From an uncultured bacterium (GTDB lineage Bacteria; Bacteroidota; Bacteroidia; Bacteroidales; Paludibacteraceae), in assembly GCA_946542925.1 (NCBI GenBank), contig CAMNLA010000006.1:19512-83511 (forward strand): DNA of 64,000 nt, written 5' to 3'. The notes beneath the pieces were generated by a model. It was not told where the DNA came from. It saw only the letters and a list, made by a program, of their open reading frames with translations, and made no database searches. Positions 31,379 to 41,406 of the stretch are shown here, in pieces (the first letter of the stretch is position 1; every line of letters starts with the position of its first letter). A program made the translations under genes and the position numbers.

Positions 31379-31990
31379 ATGAGTTTTTCAACTGACAGTA
31401 CACACATTTTCGAACAGGCAATTGCCGACTATCACAAAACGGACAATGTAGACGCAACACTTGTCAACCCATTCAGTCCAGACTCTATCAACGGTATTCT
31501 CTATGTTAAAAATTGGATTGATACCGTACAATGGCATCTTGAGGATATTGTCCGACAGCCAGACATCAACCCCATCGAAGGTTTGGCCATCAAACGCCGA
31601 ATTGATAAAAGCAATCAGGACCGGACCGATTTGGTTGAAGCCATTGACTCTTATTTTCTCCATCAATACAAAAACGTTACTCCACAAGCCAATGCGACCA
31701 TCAACACTGAGTCTCCAGCATGGGCCATTGACCGTCTTTCCATCCTCGCTCTAAAAATCTATCATATGCGCATTGAATCCAAACGTAAGGATGCCGATGA
31801 GACTCATAAGGCTCTTTGTCAACAAAAACTGGAGATTCTACTCGAACAACAAAAGGACCTGTCTTCTGCTATTGATCAATTGCTTGCTGATATTGCATCT
31901 GGACGCAAATTCATGAAAGTCTACAAGCAGATGAAGATGTACAACGATCCTTCTCTTAATCCTATGCTCTACGGAAATAACAAAAAATAG
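31379..31990 (+). CDS. DUF4254-like protein
   Basis: About 203 aa and soluble (VQWHLEDIV...KSNQDRTDLVEAID...WAIDRLSILALKIYHM). It lies directly upstream of a GT9 gene, an arrangement I recall for DUF4254. The ORF-track start at 31373 is a TTG and the ATG is at 31379. Confidence 0.5.
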   Translation: MSFSTDSTHIFEQAIADYHKTDNVDATLVNPFSPDSINGILYVKNWIDTVQWHLEDIVRQPDINPIEGLAIKRRIDKSNQDRTDLVEAIDSYFLHQYKNVTPQANATINTESPAWAIDRLSILALKIYHMRIESKRKDADETHKALCQQKLEILLEQQKDLSSAIDQLLADIASGRKFMKVYKQMKMYNDPSLNPMLYGNNKK

Positions 31991-32054
31991 CGCCACTTCT
32001 GTTTGACTGGCATTCCCCCTCTACGAACAATCCCCCTTTTTCATAATCTAAAAA

Positions 32055-33122
32055 ATGATTGACGAAGAAAAGAATCAGACCATTCTGGTTATCCGACTGT
32101 CCGCAATGGGAGATGTTGCAATGACCGTTCCTGTTCTTCATTCCCTGAAGAAACAACATCCAAACCTGAACATCATCATGTTGACGACTTACGGGAATGA
32201 CCCGATGTTCGACCATTTACCTGGAGTTCATTTGGTACATTTCGATAGGCACGGCAAACATAAGGGATTATCTGGGGTCTTCCGTGTATGGTGGAAACTA
32301 CGAAGAAACTACTCCATTGATTATATCGCTGATCTACACAACGTTATTCGCTCACGATTGCTGACGGCTCTATTCCGTCTGACTTCACCACACATGAAGA
32401 TTCGGCACGTTGACAAGGAACGAAAAGAACGTCGCAAGCTGGTTCTGTTGGGACATAAAAAATATGGGCACCCTTTGTCTTCCTCTTTCGAACGCTATCG
32501 CCGTGTCTTTGAATCACTTGGCATCCGCTTTGATTTTGACTTTAAGACAATCTTCTCTCGAAAAACCCCTGATCTCGAAGAGGACATGTTGGAACGCTTT
32601 GGTCCAAAAGAGAATAAACGTTGGGTTGGCGTTGCTCCTTTTGCCGGACACCGAAGCAAAATCTATCCTATGAAACGGATGGAGCGTTTTTTGGAACTGC
32701 TCAATCAACAAGAAAACATTGAGATTTTTCTCTTTGGGCATGGAAATGAACGACCTAAAATAAACGATTGGGAAAATAAATTTAAAAACGTTCATTCCAT
32801 GCCGCGAGGGACTTATCTTCCTCAAGAACTCGAGTTGATGGCACATTTGGATGTCATGGTCTCCATGGATTCAGCCAACATGCACTTAGCCTCACTCGTG
32901 AACACACCTGTTGTTTCCATTTGGGGTGCCACACATCGCTATGCAGGCTTTCTTGGCTGGGGACAGAAAGAGGAAAATGTAGTCGAACTGCCTTTGGATT
33001 GCAGGCCGTGTTCTATTTATGGAGAAAGACATTGTCCAAAAGGAACTTACGAATGTATGCGAGACATTGACCCGCAAACCATTGTGGACAAAGTTCTTCA
33101 ACAACTCTCATCTCTAAATTAA
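32055..33122 (+). CDS. Glycosyltransferase family 9 (heptosyltransferase-like)
   Basis: The N-terminal ILVIRLSAMGDVAMTVPVL and the C-terminal DSANMHLASLVNTPVVSIWGAT are classic GT9 motifs. Confidence 0.85.
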   Translation: MIDEEKNQTILVIRLSAMGDVAMTVPVLHSLKKQHPNLNIIMLTTYGNDPMFDHLPGVHLVHFDRHGKHKGLSGVFRVWWKLRRNYSIDYIADLHNVIRSRLLTALFRLTSPHMKIRHVDKERKERRKLVLLGHKKYGHPLSSSFERYRRVFESLGIRFDFDFKTIFSRKTPDLEEDMLERFGPKENKRWVGVAPFAGHRSKIYPMKRMERFLELLNQQENIEIFLFGHGNERPKINDWENKFKNVHSMPRGTYLPQELELMAHLDVMVSMDSANMHLASLVNTPVVSIWGATHRYAGFLGWGQKEENVVELPLDCRPCSIYGERHCPKGTYECMRDIDPQTIVDKVLQQLSSLN

Positions 33123-33154
33123 TTAGTAAAATCCTGTTCTTTAACTCATTCATC

Positions 33155-34201
33155 GTGAAACGTACCGAAATATCCACGTTGGGAGAATTTGGACTCATAC
33201 AACACCTCACCAAAAACATAAATTTAATTAATTCCTCTACCGTAAAAGGAGTAGGAGATGATTGTGCCATCCTGAAATATAATGATGACAAGGAGGTTCT
33301 TGTCACAACAGATCTGCTTTTGGAAGGCATTCACTTTGACCTTACTTATACACCACTCAAACACCTTGGCTACAAGTCCGTCATGGTGAATCTGAGCGAC
33401 ATCTATGCCATGAACGGACGACCAAAACAAATTACGGTCTCTCTGGGGCTGTCAAAACGTTTTTGCGTAGAAGATGTTGATCAGCTTTTTGCCGGTATTC
33501 TGCTTGCCTGCCAACAGCATGGCGTGGATCTTGTCGGAGGCGACACCAGCGCTTCCATGACGGGCTTGACCATCTCCATAACAGCAATAGGAGAAGGAAC
33601 GAAAGGGAAAACCGTAAGACGTGATGGAGCAAAAGTTAATGACCTTATCTGCGTGTCTGGAAATCTCGGCGCAGCTTATATGGGACTACAGATTCTCGAA
33701 CGGGAAAAAGCCGTTTTTGAAGGCACAAAAGAAGAGAACATTCAACCAGATTTCGCTGGCAAGGAATACCTTCTGGAAAGACAACTCAGACCCGAAGCAA
33801 GACGTGACATCATTGACCGATTGGAAGAAAAGGGAATTATCCCGACAGCCATGATGGATATTTCCGATGGACTCTCCTCCGAACTGCTTCATATTTGTCA
33901 TGCAAGCAACGTCGGATGTCGCGTATTTGAAGATCGTATCCCCATTGATTTCCAAACTGCCTCAACCGCCGAAGAATTCAACATGTCTCTGACAACAGCC
34001 GCAATGAATGGTGGAGAGGATTATGAACTTCTCTTTACCGTACCCTTGGAACTGCATGACCTCATTAAACAAGTGGAGGACGTACATCTAATAGGTCACA
34101 TCTGCGAGAAAAAATTCGGCTCTTCATTAGTTGCAAGAGATAACCAGGAATTTGAACTCAAAGCACAGGGATGGCAGGCTTTCAATAACACAGAAAAATA
34201 A
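33155..34201 (+). CDS. thiL: Thiamine-monophosphate kinase
   Basis: GEFGLIQHL, GVGDDCAIL, DLLLEGIHF and VGGDTS form the AIR-synthase-related fold signature of ThiL. The start codon is GTG. Confidence 0.9.
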   Translation: MKRTEISTLGEFGLIQHLTKNINLINSSTVKGVGDDCAILKYNDDKEVLVTTDLLLEGIHFDLTYTPLKHLGYKSVMVNLSDIYAMNGRPKQITVSLGLSKRFCVEDVDQLFAGILLACQQHGVDLVGGDTSASMTGLTISITAIGEGTKGKTVRRDGAKVNDLICVSGNLGAAYMGLQILEREKAVFEGTKEENIQPDFAGKEYLLERQLRPEARRDIIDRLEEKGIIPTAMMDISDGLSSELLHICHASNVGCRVFEDRIPIDFQTASTAEEFNMSLTTAAMNGGEDYELLFTVPLELHDLIKQVEDVHLIGHICEKKFGSSLVARDNQEFELKAQGWQAFNNTEK

Positions 34202-34219
34202 TTTATTCGCCCTAAGAAA

Positions 34220-34672
34220 ATGAAACCGTTTAAAGAGATTTCTATCGCCGTCTGCTCTGACCATGCTGGATACGAACTGAAAAATGCCGTTCTTCAGCAC
34301 CTGCAGAATCTCGGAGCCATGGTCAAGGATTATGGAACTTATTCTTCCGAGTCCTGCGACTATCCGGACTTTGCACATCCAATGGCACATGCCGTGGAAA
34401 ATGGAATACAGGACTTTGGCATAGCCATCTGCGGTTCTGGAAATGGAATCAGCATGACAGCGAACAAACATCAAGGCATTCGCTGTGCCCTCTGTTGGAA
34501 TACTGACCTTGCACAACTTGCTCGTCAACACAACAATGCCAATGTCCTTTCCCTTCCGGCTCGTTTCATTTCCCAAGAATTGGCGTTGGAAATCGTTGAT
34601 GCCTTTTTCTCAACAGACTTTGAAGGAGGACGACATATCCGTCGCATCGAGAAGATTCCGGTAAAATCATAA
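34220..34672 (+). CDS. rpiB: Ribose-5-phosphate isomerase B
   Basis: 150 aa with IAVCSDHAGYELK and ICGSGNGISMTANK (RpiB/LacAB family). Confidence 0.9.
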   Translation: MKPFKEISIAVCSDHAGYELKNAVLQHLQNLGAMVKDYGTYSSESCDYPDFAHPMAHAVENGIQDFGIAICGSGNGISMTANKHQGIRCALCWNTDLAQLARQHNNANVLSLPARFISQELALEIVDAFFSTDFEGGRHIRRIEKIPVKS

Positions 34673-34727
34673 AACAGAACTCCTCAATCGCCCCGCGATG
34701 AGAGTATGATCATTATTTTCTTGTCTC

Positions 34728-36686
34728 TTACTCTACCGTCAGACGATTCTCTATCATTCGGACAACGTATTGTTGAATGACCGCCTTCATTCTTTTTTCC
34801 AACGTGTTAAGCCGTTCTCTTGAAACCGATGGCAATATGTTGTGTTGCAACTCTGTATCTTTGACGAAATTATAGACTGCCTTTGTTTGCTGACCATCAA
34901 ATTGCAACATCAGCGAATCCGTAAAGAGTTGGAATATCTGATCATTATGATTGAGCGCATAATGGTGCGCATAATTGGGATCCAAAACGTCATGTCCGAA
35001 AGCAAAATATGGTTTTTCATAGTTTAGATACCCTAAGACTGTGGGCATGATATCCGTCTGCTCTGCTATGACAGGAAGACGGCCTCGCAAATCCCCGTTT
35101 GGTGTATAAAAGATTATCGGAACCTTATAATGACCTGCATCGTTGATGTATTCCTTCCGCGTCAGAGCATTGGTATGGTCTGCCGTAATAACAAATAGTG
35201 TATTCTCATACCATGGCTGCTGCTTTGCCGTGTCAAAGAATTTGCGTAGCGCGTTGTCCGTATATCGTACACACTTGTGAATCTTATGGATGCCATCCTC
35301 CGGATAAACTCTTTCATACTCAGACGGGATACGAAACGGATCATGGCTGCTGGCAGAAAACAAAGCTGTCATGAAAGGTTGCCGGAAGGTACTCATCTTC
35401 GTTGCAAAGAATTGGAAAAAGGGCTCATCCCAAATGGCCCACGTTCCGTCATAGTCTGCGTCGTTTCCATATTCGGTTTTTCCATAATACGCTTGGAAAC
35501 CTGATACTTTAGCAAAAGATTCAAATCCCATTGACCCATTCGGTGCTCCATGGAAAAAAGCAGTATAATATCCTTTCTTCCCCAACACATCAGCTATGCC
35601 GCTGACCCTATTATTCGAATACGAAGTCAAGACATAGGGTTCATAATAACGAGGTATACTACTCAAAACGGAAGGCATGGCATCAATCGATTTGCGTCCT
35701 GTTGCAAACGTATACTCAAAAGTCAAACCCTGACGGATAAGAGAGTCCAAAAAAGGAGTGTATCCCTTATACGGACTTCCGTCCGCATTTTTCAGATCTC
35801 TGTTTAGCTCTCCCACAAACTCCTTGCTGAAACTTTCCAGAATGAAAATTACGACATTCATCTCACGGAATTCTCCTCGGGGATGCGGATAGATTATTGG
35901 CTCATACTCCTTTGCTAACTCCTTCTCATCCTTGAAATATTCTGGATTCTTATAGGGTTTTTTCCCGATTGTTCGCAATAGACAGAATGGAGTATTCAAC
36001 ACAATAGAAGCCTCCAACGGCTTCTCTGTATAGACATTGGCATTGCTCAATGTAATCGGGCGGACAAAACTTCCGAAACCTCCCCGCATGCCATTCACGG
36101 ACAGAAATCCCGCCACTCCAAACGCTATGATGTTACGGACATAGTACCACCACGTCCCTCTGGGACTTTTCAGATTGAACGACGGACGAACATACAACAC
36201 GACAAGGCCCACAATCAGCACAATACCTGTCACGGTGACGTACCAATAGTTCAGCATGCCTTGACCTAAAATAGAAAACAGGTTGTCGTCATTCTGGAAT
36301 TCCGTAAAAAACGACATTGTTGTCCTGCGATTCGTAAATTTGAAATAGACCGAATCGCTTAAATTCATGAAGATTGCAATTGCGTTGACAATAATGAATA
36401 TCCACTTCGTTGACGTTTGATAGGCTGTTTTATATCGAAAACGAAAGGGAATCAGCATCATTACAATATAGAGAAGATTACTGTACAGAACTGCCGAAAG
36501 ATCGAATTTTAGACCACCCAACATAAGGGTCCTCAATCGGTCTGTACCCATATTGGGGAAGTAGTCCGACATATTAACGACATAGAACTCTGCACGACAC
36601 AACGTATAGAGAAACATCACCATGAGAAGATTCAGACAGGTGACTGCGTATATATTGCCACGGATTACGCTTATAAGTCTTTTCAT
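34728..36686 (-). CDS. LtaS-family / sulfatase-domain membrane phosphotransferase (paralogue 1)
   Basis: 652 aa with an N-terminal polytopic region followed by an alkaline-phosphatase-superfamily domain (NVVIFILESFSKEF, LFVITADHT). The start lies 6 nt after the stop of the sigma-54 regulator gene. Confidence 0.85.
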   Translation of the reverse strand: MKRLISVIRGNIYAVTCLNLLMVMFLYTLCRAEFYVVNMSDYFPNMGTDRLRTLMLGGLKFDLSAVLYSNLLYIVMMLIPFRFRYKTAYQTSTKWIFIIVNAIAIFMNLSDSVYFKFTNRRTTMSFFTEFQNDDNLFSILGQGMLNYWYVTVTGIVLIVGLVVLYVRPSFNLKSPRGTWWYYVRNIIAFGVAGFLSVNGMRGGFGSFVRPITLSNANVYTEKPLEASIVLNTPFCLLRTIGKKPYKNPEYFKDEKELAKEYEPIIYPHPRGEFREMNVVIFILESFSKEFVGELNRDLKNADGSPYKGYTPFLDSLIRQGLTFEYTFATGRKSIDAMPSVLSSIPRYYEPYVLTSYSNNRVSGIADVLGKKGYYTAFFHGAPNGSMGFESFAKVSGFQAYYGKTEYGNDADYDGTWAIWDEPFFQFFATKMSTFRQPFMTALFSASSHDPFRIPSEYERVYPEDGIHKIHKCVRYTDNALRKFFDTAKQQPWYENTLFVITADHTNALTRKEYINDAGHYKVPIIFYTPNGDLRGRLPVIAEQTDIMPTVLGYLNYEKPYFAFGHDVLDPNYAHHYALNHNDQIFQLFTDSLMLQFDGQQTKAVYNFVKDTELQHNILPSVSRERLNTLEKRMKAVIQQYVVRMIENRLTVE

Positions 36687-36692
36687 AAGTGA

Positions 36693-37847
36693 TTAAATAA
36701 CGAAATTCTTAACGTCTTCCTCTGTGATGACGCTTCCTCCCAATATAATCAGCCGCTCTACCACGTTGCGCAACTCTCGGATATTTCCGGACCAGGTTCG
36801 TCCCTGTAGTTTTTGAATTGCTTTTTCATCGAATTTTCTAAGCGCCACTCCCTGCTCTTCACAGATTTGAGATGCAAAATGATGGATGAGCAAGGGGATA
36901 TCTTCCTTTCTTTCGTCAAGTGACGGAACATCAATGATAATGACGCTCAAGCGATGATAGAGATCTTCTCTGAAATTTCCCTTCTCTATCTCTTCTCGCA
37001 GGTTTTTATTGGTAGCGGCTATTACACGCACGTCTATTTTAATGTCCTTGTCTGAGCCGACCGGAGAAATTACATTCTCTTGCAGACAGCGCAACACTTT
37101 GGCCTGCGCCGATAAGCTCATATCTCCTATCTCGTCAAGGAATATGGTCCCTCCGTTGGCCTGTTCGAATTTGCCGCTTCGCTGTTTGATGGCAGATGTA
37201 AAGGCTCCTTTCTCATGACCGAATAATTCGCTCTCTATCAGTTCCGATGGTATCGCGGCACAATTCACCTCCACAAACGGAGCTGACTGACGCCTGCTCA
37301 ATTGATAGATCTGACGAGCGACAACCTCTTTTCCTGTGCCGTTCGGACCGGTAATAAGAACTCGGGCCTCTGTCGGCGCAACCTTCTCTATCAAGTCCCG
37401 AACCTTTTCCAGGGCCGCCGATTTCCCTATCATCTCATATTTCTTGTCTATCTTCTTCTTCAGGACTTTGGTTTGCGTTACCAGCGACGTCTTATCCAGG
37501 GCATTGCGCATCGTGACAAGAAGACGGTTTAGGTCAATCGGTTTTTCTATGAAGTCAAACGCACCTTTCTTGATACATTCTACCGCCGTTTCTATGTTAC
37601 CATGCCCCGAGATCATCACGACAGGTACCTCATCATTCTGCTCGCGGATTTTTTCCAGCACCTCTATTCCGTCCATCTGAGGCATCTTGATGTCACTGAA
37701 TATCAAGTCATACGTCTTCTCTTTCAGTTTCTCCAATCCTGTCATGCCATCTTCCGCACTGTCCACCTCGTTCTTCTCATATTCGAGAATGTCCTTCATC
37801 GTGTTACGAATGCTCTTCTCGTCGTCAATTACCAATATTTTTGCCAT
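36693..37847 (-). CDS. Sigma-54-dependent response regulator (REC + AAA+), lacking a C-terminal HTH domain
   Basis: The receiver is canonical (ILVIDDEKS, LIFSDIKMP, VVMISGHG, FIEKP). The AAA+ domain has GPNGTGKE, GHEKGAFTSA and GGTIFLDEIGDM. The protein ends about 20 aa after RELRNVVERLIIL. Confidence 0.9.
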   Translation of the reverse strand: MAKILVIDDEKSIRNTMKDILEYEKNEVDSAEDGMTGLEKLKEKTYDLIFSDIKMPQMDGIEVLEKIREQNDEVPVVMISGHGNIETAVECIKKGAFDFIEKPIDLNRLLVTMRNALDKTSLVTQTKVLKKKIDKKYEMIGKSAALEKVRDLIEKVAPTEARVLITGPNGTGKEVVARQIYQLSRRQSAPFVEVNCAAIPSELIESELFGHEKGAFTSAIKQRSGKFEQANGGTIFLDEIGDMSLSAQAKVLRCLQENVISPVGSDKDIKIDVRVIAATNKNLREEIEKGNFREDLYHRLSVIIIDVPSLDERKEDIPLLIHHFASQICEEQGVALRKFDEKAIQKLQGRTWSGNIRELRNVVERLIILGGSVITEEDVKNFVI

Positions 37848-37904
37848 CGTCTTCTTATCCTTTTTTGCTGGTTAATCGTCTGTCATGATCATCTTTGGAG
37901 AGTG

Positions 37905-37920
37905 TATCTTTACAAAGATA
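37905..37920. promoter_or_regulatory. Perfect palindrome TATCTTT-AC-AAAGATA in the divergent promoter region; the minus-strand reading gives a -7 element TATCTTTG (37913-37920)
   Basis: Read directly at 37905-37920. The reverse complement of 37913-37920 is TATCTTTG, which matches TAnnTTTG. It lies 66 nt upstream of the regulator ATG at 37847. Confidence 0.35.
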
Positions 37921-37960
37921 GTGTTTTTTTCTCGCATAAGACTTTTGTGCTATTTTTCAC

Positions 37961-37968
37961 TACCTTTG
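37961..37968 (+). promoter_or_regulatory. Candidate -7 promoter element (TACCTTTG) for the LtaS2-flippase-ligase operon
   Basis: Matches TAnnTTTG. It lies 46 nt upstream of the ATG at 38014. Confidence 0.35.
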
Positions 37969-38013
37969 CATAAGATACGTTGTTCCGAACAATCGAAATT
38001 CGACACTTTGCCC

Positions 38014-39864
38014 ATGAAGAAGGCTGTCTTTTTGTTCTTTAGATACTATCTTTTCTGGATGGTCTTTTTCCTGTTTTTCAGGGGACTCTTCCTTCTGGCT
38101 AATTTATCCCTTTCTCAGACTCTTTCTGTCGAAGAACTGTTCGGAACCTTCCGTCATGGATGTGTAATGGACTGCTCCGCCGCTGCCTACTTCTCTCTGC
38201 TGCCTGGTTTGCTGATTGCCGTTTCCCCTTTCTTCCCTCGTATTTCCCGTCCCTTTATCAAGTACTACACGCTCCTGCTTCTCATTCTCGTGACACTGCT
38301 CGGACTTGCGGACATCGCACTCTATCCGGCATGGGGAACACGTATTGATGCACAAATTCTCCCTTACCTCAAAGAACCGAATGCCATCTTCAGCAGTATC
38401 ACTCTCGGACAGGTTGCCTTGGCTCTTGCCTCTCTTGCCATTATTGTCGCTTTGTTTTTTTTCTTTTTTCTTCGTTTCGTTCTCAATCCATATTCTCCTC
38501 AACAGAACCTGTCATGGAAGGCCTTCCCCGTCATGCTTCTGCTCTCGGCCCTTCTCTTTCTCCCTATTCGCGGAGGAGTTGATACTGCCCCGCTTAACTT
38601 CTCCTCGGTGTTCTTCAGTAAGAAGACTTTTGCCAACCACTCCGCATACAATTATTTTTGGGCATTCATGTATGCCATGACGCATAATGACTTTGATAAA
38701 AATCCAGTCAACTACATGGACAAGGAGGAAGCTCGACGGATTATTTCTCCCATCAGACTTTTCTCTGACGAGCCCACCCCCCTTTTCATTGATGCTCATG
38801 GACAGAAAATCAATGTAATTCTCGTGATCCTTGAGTCCTTTTCCAACAAGGTCATCGAACCGCTTGGTGGACGTAAAGGACTGACTCCGAACATCAACCG
38901 CCTTTGCAACGAGGGAATTTGCTTCACCGATTTCTATGCCACAGGAAGCCGATCCGACCGTGGACTTTCCTCTCTTCTAGCCGCATACCCTGCGCTCATC
39001 AAAGCCTCTTCCATCCTTGGATTCCCCGAGAAGATGAAAAACATAACATTCCTCCCTTCCTATTTCGGGAAACACGGATACGACCTCTCCTTCTACTATG
39101 GTGGTGACATCAACTTCTACAACACGAACATGATGCTCATCCAAAGCGGTGTGAACAACATCATTTCTCGAAAGGATTTCCCTTTCGATCAGGCTTCTCG
39201 ACAGAAGTGGGGCGCTCCTGACGAGTTTCTCTATGCCCGCTGTGCCGACGAGCTGCTACGCAAAAAACAACCGTTTTTCTCCGTCGTGTACAACATCAGC
39301 AGCCACGAACCGTTTGACGTACCGGAACACTTCAAGCGAATTACAGGAACTTCCTCAAGCGACCGGTATTGCAATTCCGTGGCCTACACCGACAGTTGCC
39401 TTGGCGTCTTCATCGATCGATTGAAAGCTTCTCCTGTTTGGAATAACACTCTGGTTATCATCACTTCCGACCACACCTCTCTCGAACCTGCCCCTGTGTC
39501 TGATATTGAGGCTCCAGAGTCTTACCTCATTCCAATGGTGTGGGTAGGTGGCGTCGTCAAGAAACCTTGGCGCTGCCACAACATTTGCATGCAAACCGAC
39601 CTCTCTGCTACTCTCTTCCAGCAACTCGGTTGGGATTTCCCAAAGTCGCCATTTTCTAAGAACATGTTCGGATCTCACCATTATGCTTTCTATTTTCGTG
39701 CCGAAGGATGGGGCTATTTCTCGCCTTCTTTGGGATTCTACCAGAACATCGACAATAGTTCTCAGCGCTTCTTCTATGGTGATGACTCTCCAGACCGGGA
39801 AGCACAGACGCTCTTTGCCAAGGCTTTCACGCAATTCCTTCACGACGATTTTATTTCTAAATAA
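38014..39864 (+). CDS. LtaS-family / sulfatase-domain membrane phosphotransferase (paralogue 2)
   Basis: The ORF is 37885..39864. I prefer the start at the internal MKKAVFLFFRYYLFWMVFF. It has a polytopic N-terminus followed by NVILVILESFSNK, GSRSDRGL and LVIITSDHTS. Confidence 0.8.
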   Translation: MKKAVFLFFRYYLFWMVFFLFFRGLFLLANLSLSQTLSVEELFGTFRHGCVMDCSAAAYFSLLPGLLIAVSPFFPRISRPFIKYYTLLLLILVTLLGLADIALYPAWGTRIDAQILPYLKEPNAIFSSITLGQVALALASLAIIVALFFFFFLRFVLNPYSPQQNLSWKAFPVMLLLSALLFLPIRGGVDTAPLNFSSVFFSKKTFANHSAYNYFWAFMYAMTHNDFDKNPVNYMDKEEARRIISPIRLFSDEPTPLFIDAHGQKINVILVILESFSNKVIEPLGGRKGLTPNINRLCNEGICFTDFYATGSRSDRGLSSLLAAYPALIKASSILGFPEKMKNITFLPSYFGKHGYDLSFYYGGDINFYNTNMMLIQSGVNNIISRKDFPFDQASRQKWGAPDEFLYARCADELLRKKQPFFSVVYNISSHEPFDVPEHFKRITGTSSSDRYCNSVAYTDSCLGVFIDRLKASPVWNNTLVIITSDHTSLEPAPVSDIEAPESYLIPMVWVGGVVKKPWRCHNICMQTDLSATLFQQLGWDFPKSPFSKNMFGSHHYAFYFRAEGWGYFSPSLGFYQNIDNSSQRFFYGDDSPDREAQTLFAKAFTQFLHDDFISK

Positions 39865-39876
39865 CCATTTGACTCT

Positions 39877-41385
39877 ATGACCGAAACGGGTAAAATGAAA
39901 AATCTGGCTAAGGAAACAGCCATCTATGGTGTCAGCAGCATTGTTGGCAGGTTTCTCAATTGGTGTCTCGTTCCCGTTTACACCTACGTGTTGGCAGACT
40001 CTAGCGAATACGGCATCGTCACCAACATCTATGCCTGGACTGCCCTTCTGCTCGTTTTCCTGACCTACGGAATGGAAACCGGATTCTTCCGCTTCGTCAA
40101 CAAGACCGACCAACGTCCACCCGTCGTTTATGGAACAACACTCTTCTCCATCGGATCCACCTCGGCTCTCTTCATTGCGCTGGTTTTTCTTTTTCGTGAC
40201 TCCATCGCTGCTGCCATGGGCTACTCCGATCACGTCGAATTTATCACCATCATGGGCGTCGTTGTAGCCATTGATGCATTTACTGCCATTCCATTTGCCT
40301 ACTTGAGATACAAACGAAAGGCTATTAAGTTTGCATCTTTCAAGCTGCTGATGATTTTTATCAACATCGCACTCAATCTCTTTTTCCTCATAGCCTGCCC
40401 GTATATCAATAATCATCATCCTGGACTCATTTCCTGGTTCTACGACCCTTCCTATGGTGTCGGATACATCATTATTGCAAACCTCATCTCCACCGCAGCA
40501 ACTCTGATTATGTTACTGCCCGACATTCTCGAGGCCTCGTTCCGTCCTGACATGACACTGCTTCGACAGATGTTGCGCTATTCGCTTCCGCTTCTTGTTC
40601 TGGGTATTGCCGGTATCATGAACCAGACCATTGACAAGATCCTTTTCCCTTATCTGATGCCTGGACAGGAGGGACTGCGACAGCTGGGCATCTACGGCGC
40701 TTGCTTCAAGGTCGCCATGGTCATGATGATGTTCACTCAGGCCTTCCGGTATGCCTATGAACCGTTTATCTTTGCACAGCACAAAGACTCGAAAAGCAAG
40801 GAGGCCTATGCTGACGCCATGAAGTTCTTTGTGATCTTTTCCCTGCTCATCTTCCTGGGCATGGTTTTCTTTATCGACATTCTCAAACTTATCATTGCTC
40901 CTTCCTATTGGGAGGGACTGTCAATCGTTCCCATCATCCTCGCCTCCTATCTTTTCCAAGGGGTCTTTTTCAACCTCTCACTTTGGTACAAACTGACAGA
41001 CAGGACTTACTTCGGCGCCTGGTTCTCCTTGCTCGGGGTACTCATCACCGTTGTGCTTAACGTCATTCTGGTGCCAGTCATCGGATACTTCGGCTCTGCT
41101 TGGGCTTCCTTCTCTTGCTATTTGGTCATTATGCTCACCTCTTATTTCATCGGGCAGAAATTTTTTCCCATCAACTATCCTCTTCGAGACATGACGCTCT
41201 ACGCCTGCGTTGCCGTCGCTCTCTATATGGTAGCTTATTTCTGTACCACGCCCTACGTAGCTGTCAACTATATCATTCGCACTCTCCTGCTCCTCTTCTT
41301 CCTCGCTCTCATCATCAAGAGGGATCTGCCTCTCTCCCAGATTCCGGTTCTCAACCGCGTCCTGAATCGCTTCCATCTGAAGTAA
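39877..41385 (+). CDS. MOP-superfamily polysaccharide flippase (Wzx/MurJ-like)
   Basis: 502 aa polytopic protein with N-terminal LAKETAIYGVSSIVGRFLNWCLVPVYTYVL. It starts 12 nt downstream of LtaS paralogue 2. Confidence 0.75.
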   Translation: MTETGKMKNLAKETAIYGVSSIVGRFLNWCLVPVYTYVLADSSEYGIVTNIYAWTALLLVFLTYGMETGFFRFVNKTDQRPPVVYGTTLFSIGSTSALFIALVFLFRDSIAAAMGYSDHVEFITIMGVVVAIDAFTAIPFAYLRYKRKAIKFASFKLLMIFINIALNLFFLIACPYINNHHPGLISWFYDPSYGVGYIIIANLISTAATLIMLLPDILEASFRPDMTLLRQMLRYSLPLLVLGIAGIMNQTIDKILFPYLMPGQEGLRQLGIYGACFKVAMVMMMFTQAFRYAYEPFIFAQHKDSKSKEAYADAMKFFVIFSLLIFLGMVFFIDILKLIIAPSYWEGLSIVPIILASYLFQGVFFNLSLWYKLTDRTYFGAWFSLLGVLITVVLNVILVPVIGYFGSAWASFSCYLVIMLTSYFIGQKFFPINYPLRDMTLYACVAVALYMVAYFCTTPYVAVNYIIRTLLLLFFLALIIKRDLPLSQIPVLNRVLNRFHLK

Positions 41386-41406
41386 ACCCGCGTTATTTCA
41401 ATTACT

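Noticed and set aside
39355-40419. 354-aa ORF on the minus strand spanning the end of LtaS paralogue 2 and the start of the flippase gene
   Set aside because: It is antisense to two confidently called membrane-protein genes. Its composition is odd, with no start context or motif. I treat it as a shadow ORF.
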